Positions 11,760 through 23,905 of a DNA stretch of 64,000 nucleotides are shown piece by piece. Both the position numbers and the translations under genes were made by a program. The stretch lies in assembly GCA_017499595.2 (NCBI GenBank), contig CM039003.1:1922001-1986000 (forward strand), read 5' to 3'. Source of the stretch: Psilocybe cubensis (taxonomy: Eukaryota). The notes under the pieces are model-generated. The model was given only the letters and a program-made list of their open reading frames with translations, was not told where the DNA came from and ran no database searches. Each line of letters begins with the position of its first letter. Positions within the stretch are counted from its first letter, which is position 1.

Positions 11760-14700
11760 TTAGTTATAGATGGGTAAAGGAAGGAGCCTGGGGAAAGGCA
11801 CGTTAATATAGCGTCTTGATATCAGAAGAAAGGGGAAGATGAAAAACCTGTCGGCGTTGAAGAGAAAATTATTCGCAATGTCTTCACCCTCCAAAAATCG
11901 ATTTGAATAAACCACTGGACAAATTACAATTATGCTGAGGATGAAAAAATATATGGTTCGTGCAGCTGTACTCACCAAGTTGACCATTAATCTGTCGAAG
12001 TAATTTCTCCATTTCTTCCCGTTCCCATTTCTCAAATGGTTCCGAACCTTTTGCAGGTCGGCGGGGTTTAGGAGGTTCTTCATTTACGACAGTGTAAGAT
12101 GGTGTTGGCGGAGCATCTTCAGTTTCATCTTTGCTCGCCTGTGAAGCGCCGTCTACCGTATCAGAGGTTTGTGATTCATGAGTATTTTCATCTCCCGATT
12201 CAGACGGGACACGAGCCACCGGTTCTCCAGTTGAACTTCCCCGGGTCTGACGTTTACAAGGGGTTTGTTAGCGAAACCAGTTAATCAGTTGGCAACCATT
12301 TTAGCTTACAGGCTTCTTGAGCCGGTCGTGATGAGCCACAAATTCCTTATATTGCTTCCAAGTCGTAACGAGATCGTCTGGTACAGCATGAAAAACTTTT
12401 CTGTAGATTTCCGTCTAAAAAATAGATAGTAGTCATTTGATGCAGCATGAGCTAAGAATATTAACTCAAAGATGAAGAACCACTGACATTGTGCACCGCG
12501 CTGGCGACCCACTTATCCTTCCAAAAAGAATCGGAAATAGGATCTTCAAAGTCCTGTGGGTCTACGTGGGGTTTAGTGGTGGGTACAGTCCAAGGACGCC
12601 TTCGGGTGGATTTTCCTCCCAAGTTTTCTCTAATTATTGCCCTAGCACCGGGAGCCGCCTGTTCTTCGTCATCCAAGTCGCTTTTCAAAGACCGGGAAGG
12701 TGGCTCATCGTCACTAGCAGGAAACTTTGCATTGGCTGGTGCTCCGTATAAAGTGTTGTCATCTGCATGCAGGTCAGACGAGCTATCACTGGGTGCTGCG
12801 CGACCATTCGACGTGCTCTTGCCCCGTGATTGGAAGCTTTCTCCAGTGCCATCCGTGATGCTACTTCCATCTGTATGTGTCATTCCAGCGCGCTGCTCTG
12901 CCACAACCTTTTCTTCAAGTGTTGGAACGACAGAGCTTGCGAATCCTGTCTCTTTCTGACCCTCGCGGTTGTAATCCTTACGTTCTTCATTTATTGTATC
13001 ATCTCCGACGTTGTGTCCTGCCTGTTTTTCCACGAGGCTCATCGCTCGAAGAACATTGGCAACTTTAGTCGATGTGGCCTCTGCACCAGCATCCGCAGCT
13101 GAGATATAAATGTTAGTCAGCTTTAAATATCCGCAAGTATGAATTTCCCAACCTTGATTAATGCTATCCTTTACATCAGAGGCGAGAGCACCTGTTCGTG
13201 TCTTCTGTTTAGATTTTTTGATATGGGTCACGCCACCTTCCTCTCCATAGGCCTGTTCTTTATCTGGATCCCAGACCTCCTGTTCATGTTCGGGTTTGAC
13301 TGGATCGTTCATCATGAGATCTTCCTCGTCCAGAGCATCGACATCGATCCCAAGATGCTCTCGCATCAACCGAACCCTCAAAGTATGAGCAAAACGACCA
13401 ACTTTGAAAGGTTTACCAGCCATTGTGCTATGCGATAAATGGTCAGTATAAGGAGCATCAGGAACACATTCAGAAATAGATTTGCCCGTGTTGAGCCCAG
13501 GAATCAATCCTCAATAATGACCCACCTGTCTATCATATCCGTATCTCGTATCACAGCCGCTAACTCCGAATCTCTGTCTCCTCTTTGAGACCTCTCATTG
13601 ATATTTGCACTTCCAATAATGGCCAGCCGGTCGTCCACAATGCAGACCTTGCCGTGAATATAAACCTTGCACAATCATTGAGTCAGAGAGAAAGGGATGT
13701 CACGGTCAGGACGTGTAATAGCCTCACCTGTTCTGTGGTGAGGACATCTCCTCGCATCTTTGCCCAGTTGCGCAAAGAGAATACAGCGATATAGTCATCA
13801 GGCTAGGAGACACATCAATTACAGGCTCTTGCAAGTAGATATTGGCATACGTTGATCCCTTCTTTTCGGAGTCGAGAAAAGATAGAGTTCGGTCCTCGTG
13901 CAATCGTTCTGTTCTGGCACTCGAGGATTATCCGAATCTAAGATTAATTGGTAATGGTGAGCTACGCTGGAATCGGAGAAACATAACGGGACGGGACAGA
14001 CTGCACTAGCGTCACTGTGGTCGACAGGAAAGGTGAAGCCAGGTAGAGCGGGTATCAAAATACAGCATTTCCATGGGACCCCATCCTTGTGCGCACGAAG
14101 TATGCGGTGAACAATAGCATCGCCGATGTTATTTTCGACCTTCACATCGTTCACCACGGTTCTAAATGGTGGAACGAATTCAGAGAAACATCATTGTCAG
14201 TTAAGACGTCAAGCATTGAAAGCCACCAATCAAGTCAGAATACTAACGATGTGATAAAGAATTGGTTTTCGATGTAAACGAAGTGTTCGGACATTTGAAT
14301 CGCTGCATGATCAAGTGTCAGATCCAGCACAGAAAATAGAATAGATACATTGAACATAATATAAGTAGATGCCAAGTTCATGTTTCAGGAATGACAGACC
14401 TTTCAGATATGCGTTCTGGATCGAATGCTCAATCCTTCCTGGTGTGCCGAGAGACCACGGCCCTGCGGATCGACATATTTGCAGTTCACAGGTCCCGGTC
14501 AGGCCCATTTGTGTCAGCTCTCCTGGCCTGAACTCGGGCGGGGGCAATAGGAAAGGCATGACCCGAGAGTGGTTCTGTTCATTAAGCAAAACAATCATTC
14601 CTATGAGGATCCGACCAATCCGGTGAAAGGTCATAACGAATGCGGACCTTGATTCTCAGCAGGTAATTCCATCTTTAGCCATTTGAGAAAGGGAGGTAGA

Positions 14701-17700
14701 ATGACAGTTATCACGAGCTTGAGAAATGCGCAGTTTATGATGCGAAATAAGGTTAAAAACGTACCTCTGCACAAAATGACGTGCCAAGTCGCGAGCAGGC
14801 TGCCCCACTATTTGCATCGCGACATCATGCCTGTTGCGGTGTGTTGTGGTCAGAAAAGGTGTGTCGTGATAATGAAACTTCCGGAGAAAAAACTGGGAAA
14901 CATACTAACCAAGGCATCCTTGGCACCTTCGTACGGTCGTACATATCTTCTTCAGGCTTATTCAGATTGTAAAAATCTGACAGCCGAGGATTACTGTAGT
15001 CTTTACCTGAGAATTAAAATTATTTTAGTCTAACTCTTCAACTAGAACAACACAATTATCCCACATACCAGGCCAAATTTCCTCCCTGTCTGTATCAGCT
15101 GTGTCGTCAGTAAGGACATGCTGAGGAGTGTCCCATCTATCAGGACCGTCAGCTTTGGTCTATAAATTTGCGACACAATGTTAAACTGTAACTACCTCCC
15201 AAAACAGAGATCCAATCCGCCCATGAAGGCGATGGTTTGGTCGATGACACACATCTTCTCATGCTGAGTGTAATATCCGAGGAAATGAAAGAAGAATGTA
15301 AAATTGCAATCAGGCATTTAGATGGAAAATGACCAACAAATGATAACTCACATGCGCCCAGTAGAAGGTGCCCGTCTGGAAGTGCGAGGGAGATCTTTGC
15401 ACCATTACGTTTGGGTGAAGACCAATCAACCGTTGCTTGGCATAGCTAAAATTATGAGACGAAAGAGATAGGATTAGAAAAGAAGGTTCACATGTTTATC
15501 TTTTCGACAGTCAACGAGACGGAAAGTATATCACGAGGGATAACAAATGGTTAAAGTAAATACTTACTTGCTGTCTGTTGGAGTCGTTCGATTTGAAACT
15601 TCTTGGCTGAGAAAATGATCAAGGTCAGGGGGAAGCCACGAAAAAAAAATAACTGGACGCACTAGAGAATAATGTATATCTTTACGCCTTCCTTGGCCTT
15701 TCTTTCCAATAGGTGATCAAGTCGGTACCTTTCTTTATTTGGACGACGCATCTGTAACTCTAAGGATGTCGTGTGTTTATGAGAAAAAAATGAATTCAAC
15801 GGCGAAATGAGTTAGAAAAGAAATAATGAGATGGAACACACGTCAATTCACGGAGATTCTAAAATGAGTGCCTCAAGCCCGAGGTGAAACCAAACTCACC
15901 CGGAGAAAGCCACCAGTCATGAATGTAAATGCTCTCCTTGGCAAGGAGCATCGCACGGGATAGGTTCCAGAAATAATCTCGCTGTTAACGTCCGAGAAAG
16001 GGTTTGATAACGAAGAGAACGGATTTAAGTCGAAAACCGCATGTCAAAAGATTTTGACTCACCCCGTCAACTAGCCATTGGGCGGCTACATTAAGGCGAA
16101 TGGGAGCGAAACTGTCAAATCGATTACTTCCAGTGTAATGCGACGTAGAGGCAGTCTTTTCCAGTGCAGTGATAAACTGTAGCATTTGACGCTAAAACAA
16201 CCAATATGAAATTTAATTGTTGAGTGAAACGAAAGAGAAATAGGGCCGTACCTCATTCCGGGCAGTTAGTTTCAGCCTCATTTGTGAATTTACAACGTAA
16301 AATATGTGTTTGGAGACGTCGCCTGAAACCTTTTTAGCGCCTGACTTGATTTTCTTCACTGCTCCGTCCGCATCTCCCTGATCGTGGCCATCGTCAGCAC
16401 CCTGTAATGGGTTTGTGTTCGTCGAGGGGTCAAGCATAGGAGTAGGCGGCCTCGAATGGTCCGAAGAGCCCACGGAGCCTGAGCTAACGCTTCGATCATC
16501 ATCAGTGTCCCCGCTTTGTCTATTGGCATGACCGTTGGTATGACCGTTGGCCGACAGATTGTCTGAGTGGAATATTTTTGAGACATGCGACTTGATGGAC
16601 GACATGATTGATTTTCTTTCCGTGTCAAGATGCGTCGAGGTGTGGCTCTGCAGGTGTGAATGTGCTGATGAATGTGCTTTTTCTCCGTTGGTTGTATCAT
16701 GGTGATGATTACGCTGCTGAGCTGGATGTTCTGCATCTGGTTTGTCGACATGAAGCAGGTTCCCTAAACCTTGCCTATAGTATCTTTTTGGACGTTCTAT
16801 TCTGAAGTCAGAATCAAGTAGAAAAACATCCCAGACATCAAGCTAGTATACATGTCAATACTAAACATGGTAGTTTTTCAGAGAGAGATGAACTCACTTC
16901 TCCTGGTTGGCAGAGTACTACCAAATAGCTCTCGCGCACAGCGCACCATCTTGATTCCTTCTTCTCCTTCCAGCCCACAGATTTTCTCCCGAAACCACCT
17001 CCACCGTTGTTGATGGCTTCAATTCGCAGGAATCCAGCTTTATATTGAGAACCTCCTGACTGGGCCAACGTTAACGATAAAGCACTAATCTCGAGAAAAC
17101 CAGCCAGTCGGTTCGAGGAAGGATGGAACATCTATGGCGATATGATCAATGATGCGCGTATGACAATACAAAGCAACATGGACGTACAACAGCTCTAATG
17201 AGACTGATGAGATAATTCTCCAACGCTTCCCTCTGAAGGCGAGCGAAGTCTGCTCTATCCACCTTGCTACCTTTCTCCCTGCCTTCTTTCTTCAAGAACT
17301 TGAAGTAAGGAAGACTGGTGGTAGGAAACTCAGGCATCTTGTCAACGTTTCGATTATAGACATTCGAAACCGTGTAGTGAGCATGTAATGAAAGAAAATC
17401 TCTTAATTCGCGATAGATAACCCAGCGAGCAGCTCCATTTGCGTATTCACATTCTATGCGGAATACAGAACCATGACGGTGCATGGGGTGTAAGCTATCA
17501 CTGACTCGGATTCGGAGACGATGGAACAGAATCGGTATCCTTCGATTGCCCCTTTCGTCTCTCTCTATCCATAGACGAAGCATGAGGGTCGAAAGACCGC
17601 CAGTGATCAGCTCATCGGTGATGTTGACTGCCTGGGATGTCACCATCGACGGGCCCGGGAGGATGTTCTCTTGCGGGTGCACGATGTGGGGCAGAAGTGA

Positions 17701-18552
17701 CCGCAACTTGGCCCACTTTACATTGCCAATTGTAGGTTCCTTGTCTTGTGTTTTTTCATTTTCTTTGTTGGCCGTATCGGCGTTTTCACGGGAGTAAGGC
17801 ACCGAAAAAGCACGGCGAAGAGCACCAGTCTTGGCGGCGGGAGAGCTGGGCGACGCTGGATCGTTGACTGAGAGACCGCGTTTGGGTCTTCGTAGAAATG
17901 TCAACGGTGGGTCTTCAGATTCGTCTGTTTCTGAGGCGGCGGCAGTGCGTTCGGCTTCAGGGGAATCATGAGTGGGAGCGGTAGGTGTAACGGAGGGGAA
18001 ATCCATGGCCGGTTTCTCGTCTTTGGGCGATTCTTGGAACCACTTCATGGGGTTGATATTCCAGCCATCGTCTGAATTACTTCGGTCTCGTTGTCGTCGT
18101 TTCCCTTTGCGGTCTTCTAAGAAAGAGGGATGCTCCAAGGCACCGCGAAACTCTGTGTCAACGTCTGCAAAGCTATAATCTGTTTCTATTACTGAAGTAT
18201 CCGGGGGTTGTTCGCTAAGAGTTGGAAAATATCCTGCATGATTTGCAGGGGTATGTGATCCGGCTATAACATAGGCAAAAGAAAGGGAGCGTGGAGGACC
18301 TGTCCTTGCTGAAGGGGTATCTGGTGCAGCGGACAGTCTGGAAAGAGATTTGGAGGTTTGCTCTGGCCGTAATCTGGGTTCAGCATCCGAAACGTCATTG
18401 GGAATTGGATGGTCTGTATCAAAGTGTGCATTAAACTGTGAGGGTTTAGGGGTAGGGGTATTGGGTGTAATGGTATGTTCCGAGTCTTGTGTGGACTGCC
18501 GAATAGCTTCACGCTGAGCGATGGCGTCGTCAAAGACGTCGGCCAAAGGCAT
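11760..18552 (-). CDS. SPO14: Phospholipase D1 (PX, PH and two HKD domains)
   Basis: PX region ([14 protein letters not shown]). HKD1 [11 protein letters not shown] split by an intron near 15265-15350; HKD2 [21 protein letters not shown]-terminus LLPLPIYN. Confidence 0.93.
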
Positions 18553-18626
18553 GGAGAAGGTATAGTAAGTATAGTATAGTTTCAAGGCAAGTTTTGATAT
18601 TGGATATATATAGAGTATTACGAAAT

Positions 18627-21322
18627 CTACTCTCGCCTGACGTCACACCTCTGTCCAGCGCCACGGCCAGCTTTTCGCCCAAAGACAGCACCAGCGGTCA
18701 ATCCAGAGCCACCTGGGTAGTTTCCATAGAACAGCCCTCCAACCATCTCTCCTGTGCAGAACAGTCCCCGAATAGCCTCATTTGTTTTCGCAGACACCAC
18801 CTGCGCTGTCTCCGCCTCAATGGCTACCCCTCCAAATGTGAATGTGATGCCGCAGGCTACCTTAACAGCCATCAATGGTCCCTTTTCTATCACAAGCGCC
18901 CAGTTGCTTTTTGGAATAGCAAGTCTGATGTTTTTTGACTGGGTTGTCAGTCCGTCCTTCACAGCGGGGTTCCACGGGCCTTCGCTCTCTTTCCCCCTTG
19001 CCCGGACGGCCTCGTTGAACTCTCGAATCGTCTTCACAAACTGTGTCTTGTCCTTCAAGCCCCAGTGTGCACCACTCAATATGTCAGCCAGCTCTTCAAC
19101 GCTTTGTGCCCATGCCTTTTGTACCACATCGTCTCCATACTCTTCTTTCCTGAGGTAATTTAGCACCTGGCTGTCCCATATCTGGAATGCGCAGCCATCT
19201 GGTTGCTGCAGAATGGCTCGTCCAAATTTTGCGTATGTGTAATTGCGGAAGTCTTCGCCTTCATCGACAAAGCGCAACCCATTCAAGTTTACCATAATTC
19301 CCAGTGGATATCCCGACTTGGTGTATTGATTCGTCATCTCTCGTTGGCCACCGTCGGGGGAAGCGTTTGCATCCCATGCGGTGCTGTGACACCCTGCCCA
19401 ATCTCCGGTAAACTTCGCGCCAACCGCACTTGCAAGCTCAAAGCCATCACCCGTGTTGTACGGGGTTCCTCGCACCTTAATTTTTGGTGTTAATGATATA
19501 TGCCATATAATTCCAGCAATAACCTACGCGGGCATTAAACCATTCGGGCCCAAGATATTCAGCTCTTTTCTCGGGGCTGGCTTCGAACCCTCCTGCAGCC
19601 AACACCACAGACCGAGCTTTGAGCCTGAGATAGTCCTCTTTCTTTTGGACAACAATTCCTACAACCTCCGATCCATTGTCGTTCACTAACAGCTCAATGG
19701 CTCGTGTTTCAAACCATATCTCTACTTGCGCTTTTTTCAAAGCGTTCTGATGCGCCTTCATTAACCCCTTTCCACCATCTTCTACACTTAAAGCCATACC
19801 ACCCCAAAATTTATTCCTTCCGTCAACCTTGTAGGCTTGCCGATTAAATGAAAGCGTGAATTGCACCCCAATACTCTCCCTTAGCCACTGCAATGTGCCT
19901 CTAGAATCGTGCACAAGCGCATGCACAATATCCTCGTCTGCCCGGCCGGAGCCAAGCCGTTGAATATCTCTGGCAAATTCTTCTTCTGTGTAGGGTGCAA
20001 TGTCTATCTGTTCCATTTCATTGGCCGATGGAGGGCATGCGAGAAGCGACATCAAGTCTAGCAGCCCTGCATGCGCCGTGCGATGTGCACCTGCTGTGAA
20101 ATATCCATTTCCCCCTCTCCATTCCTCGGGGCATTTATCGACCATCAGAACTTCGGAACCGTAATAAACCACAATCCATGTGTATGCAATCGATGGATAA
20201 AATATTTTTTTTTGAGTTGGCGCGCTCGACGATGGGGGATGGCCGTCGTTTATCGGAGTGCCGATGGATTTTGCGGGGAGGCCCAGATTCAAAAATCAAT
20301 GAGTTGCCCAATAACCCAATAACAGATATGGGGTCAATGCATACGAAATCAAGGAAGGTATATCTCCACCGCGGGGTAACATGGGGCATGTTTTCAATAA
20401 ATATCCATATGGAAATGCCGCGTAGGCAAACAGCAAGAATAGAGGGAACAGGAGGGAACGCGCGGTGCCAATAAGTTGAAAGTTGCACCGCAAACCGTAG
20501 CGAGTATCGCGACCGACAAAGCAATAAGGAAGTTCGAACCGCCCAGCGTCAGTAGGATCCATACCCAAATTATACCACGGCATCCAAAGCGGGATTTCAG
20601 TCACAAAAGGAGATGGGGCAAGAGTGTCGATTGTAATGTTTTTCAATTGAAAGAGGAAATGTTAGGGTTAAAAGTCAGTATCAAGATAACTCGATAAAAA
20701 TATAGTCAAATGAACTTGAAGAAAGCCACAATGACCAGTCCACCCTTGCCAATCACTTTGCTTGTACAAGCATATGCGTCCGCTGAACTTCCAACAGCTT
20801 CCAACCTTCAACAGATAGAGACCGAGCCGCACCAATGCTGTCCAATGAGAGGTCCAATGTCAAATCCGCAAAAACCCCGTTACTCAAGTAGCCAAGTTGA
20901 CGCCTAAACGTTAAATATGAACGCTGATAATCATGATCTACTCATACAACTTCTTGCCCAGCACCAGCTGGCTGAAAAACCACCGAGCCCAGAGCCTCTG
21001 CACTCCTGCCTGAGTTAGCTCTATATATTTTTACCCCAGGATATTCGATCAAGCAATGTTACAAGATCCGGCAAACGCTAAGAATCGAAGTAGCTCCTTC
21101 TGATTTACGGCGATAGGCTAACAGAACAACAGCGACGTCGGTTGAGACCCCGCCCCCGACCAACGTTAAGGTACAAAGTGCAACGAGGACAAGATGCTGA
21201 GTTGACAAGCACTAACCTTTTTTGCATCCAAAGTCGATAGCAGCAAGAGCAGCACAACTCCCTGCATGTCCAGATCCAACGACGATGCAATCGTATTCGG
21301 CGTCAATATGAAAGGCAGACAT
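18627..21322 (-). CDS. FAD-dependent oxidoreductase, TcuA (tricarballylate dehydrogenase)/CobZ-like; exons 21322-21217, 20150-19528 and 19475-18627
   Basis: Exon 1 has the Rossmann motif (YDCIVVGSGHAGSCAALAA) and splices in frame (KK-G|TT-LMVDK) to GGNGYFTAGA...VVLAAGGFEA...RFVDEG...GITFTFGG...GEMVGGLFYGNYPGGSGLTAGAVFGR. About 525 aa. Confidence 0.88.
20151..21216 (-). ncRNA. Candidate telomerase RNA within 1,066-nt intron 1 of the TcuA-like gene; RNA ends unknown
   Basis: Very long intron (GTTAGT...GAAG). Sense-strand TAACCCTAAC at 20670-20661, adjacent upstream stems, a long-range helix 20866-20876/20266-20276, and Sm-like GATTTTTGA at 20297-20289. Confidence 0.6.
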
Positions 21323-23905
21323 TGTTACTGCTGTAGGAGGCTTTCTGAGTCCGCTTTTGCTATTGTCACAAAATGCATCCATTTCATGCAGATCTCGACC
21401 TGTTATTCGTTGGTCACTGCAATTCGATTACAATTTGCAAGGGCAATGGATTAGCTGGCGGTCATCGTGGAATGTAGAACATGTGTCCTTACGTAGCTTC
21501 GCTTATAGGGGCTGGCACGGTACTGAGGATACCGACGTCGTACACGAGAAAATCAGAACTTCCTCGGAACAGCAGCGTATGTGCTGGATTATCGGTCAGG
21601 AGGTGGGATAGGAGTGGAGCCAACGACACTTGAAGGTCCTTATTATCGAATTTGTTGATATGAGTTGTCGTCAGTTATCGACGAGTGGCGGGAAACCCAC
21701 GCGCCAGCTGATTGTATTTTAATGGTCTATTTTTAATTATGAGCACAGGACAACGAGCACGGGGGCCGATAGTCGTAACTCCTATCCAGTGCTCTCCACA
21801 TTTGAGAAGTCTACTCTAGCCCATTCAAGTCATGTGTACGCAGAAAATGCACGATTTGCCCTTGTGCTCAATTCTTTTCTGCTAGGATCTCTGGGACGTT
21901 TACGAAAAGATGATAGCTGAAAATGTACAAGGCATTTGCTATATCTATCAAAAATTTTGAAAGTTATGTGTCAAGCAGCGTTGAACGCTTCCCTCTGGTA
22001 ACTGGTTCATTGAGATTACAAAGTTCACTCCTGTGCGTCTTGGCACTAAGTTTGCTTGCTGCACATTGAAAAATAGATTCCAAAAAAATTACATGGTTCA
22101 AAATTAGACTCTGGCAGTGACGACTTAATTAATATTGGAGCATGGTGACAACTTTAAGGTATGGGCGCATGTGCACTAGATTTTTTGGTCTGTTCCTCAG
22201 GTTATGATGGTAATCCAAACATTTGCCATTTTTTGCAATAATCACGTTCTCTCCCAGGACGGTGGAAGAAAGATGTAAGGGTACCATTAACATCCGAGGT
22301 GAACAGATTTTCTGCAGTGTGGTTGATTATAGTAGCATTCGACTGTCTCACGCTGAAGCATCGTAAATCATTGCCGCCGCCGAACTTTTTCCAGACACCA
22401 AAGAAAATAATTGATTTTTCCTGTGAATCTCACCGTTGAAGTTCGTGTTGTCAAGTCGTAGACAGATATCCAACATTCCAACTTCACTGACAAAATAGAA
22501 ACTGAAAGATGTGGTCTATATTCCTTGTATGTAGCCACACCTATTAACCCCTATATTGAACCTGGACACAGTCAGTTGAACATAAGAAATCACATTGATA
22601 CCAACTTGTGGCACTCCGCATCTGGCGGCGTCAGCGCTCAGATCCGTCTGTATCGACCCGTACCACATGCCAAGCCCTTTCCCCACATTCCGGTCCCGCG
22701 CCATGATCCAATTTAGCCATATACCTGGTGGTTTCCTACACCAGCCAAATTGCAGTGAGCAAGTCTGAACACTGGTTTTAGTGCTGTTCGGTTTAAGGAT
22801 AGAATGACTTGTGGGATATTGCTGGATAAAATGAATAACAGGTGCGAAACAAAAGTTGGGATGTGTGGGGCAATAAGCCTCCTCCACAGATATTGGTCAA
22901 CCCAACATCAGCAAAGAAACAAACTCAATCTGTAACTTCAGTGCGGGAACATCGATGGTCGGTTATTTCTGGGCTTACTTGTAGGGAAAAAGACTTTGAA
23001 AAAGTCTATCGAATCACCCGATGCAGCTCGTCAAGTTCACCAGATAGTTGAGTTGCTTGATCGATCTTCAGAACATGTTAACCTGCAAATGATCATCCTT
23101 GTGAGGAGGAAAGTTTAAGAGATCGGCAAAATGTATCGGGATACATCCCGTGATCTTGGAAAACAAAATATTAGAAGAAGTATTTTCACTGAATTCATTC
23201 GGAAAAAGTACGGGGATCCTGAAGAAGGTGTCTTCGGGTATCTGTGTGCTAGCTAGTCAGGAAGTTACGCTGATTTGAGCTCCATCTGTGGCGAGGAAAT
23301 ACGGGGTCGAGAGATGGCATTGCCAGTGTTCCAGATCAAAGTCAAAGACCCTCCTGGAAACTCTAGATTTATTGTGGAGGCCCGGTGTTTCGATATTTGC
23401 AATACCAATGACCAACGAAAGACCATAGTCGACGAATAAAATATGACCGCGATCACAGTTCACCTTCAAGATTTTCAATATGGCCGATTTGTTAATATGT
23501 CAAGTGTACGACCGTTTTGATAAAGGACCGGCTTTAGGAGCGAGCGCCTTATGTCAGACCATACGTGGGATATGTCACATCTACAAGGTTGGTTGCCCCG
23601 ACTTCGAAGTTCAAAAAGTTTCAGCGGGTGCATTCGGAGAAATAGACATATGATTGACGTGAAGCGAGTTAGAATATGACGGTGAATAAGTGGCTTCGTC
23701 TAGGGCGGATGTCAACATAGTTTCTTAGTCTAAACACGAACGTACCTGCGGCATACCATTTGCCACCCAGACGATGAGGTTTATTCATCCCTTGCATATT
23801 CCCATATTGGGTGTCAGCTCCGGGGCGCATAAAGGCTACTTCACATATCCTGAAAGTAGGTATACTAAAATATATAAGTCCAGCACAACAAAAAAAAAAG
23901 ATTTT

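Noticed and set aside
18442-18460. GGGTTTAGGGGTAGGGG as telomeric or G-quadruplex sequence
   Set aside because: It is the antisense of Pro/Thr codons (TPTPKP) in the PLD coding region.
20135-20907. Short ORFs inside the long intron (20296-20646, 20135-20524, 20178-20474, 20710-20907) as a nested protein gene
   Set aside because: Mostly non-ATG starts, no recognisable motifs, and overlapping on both strands; consistent with chance ORFs.
20151-21216. Long intron as a box C/D or H/ACA snoRNA host
   Set aside because: No canonical RTGATGA box C paired with a terminal CTGA, and no convincing hairpin-H-hairpin-ACA layout. Not fully excluded.
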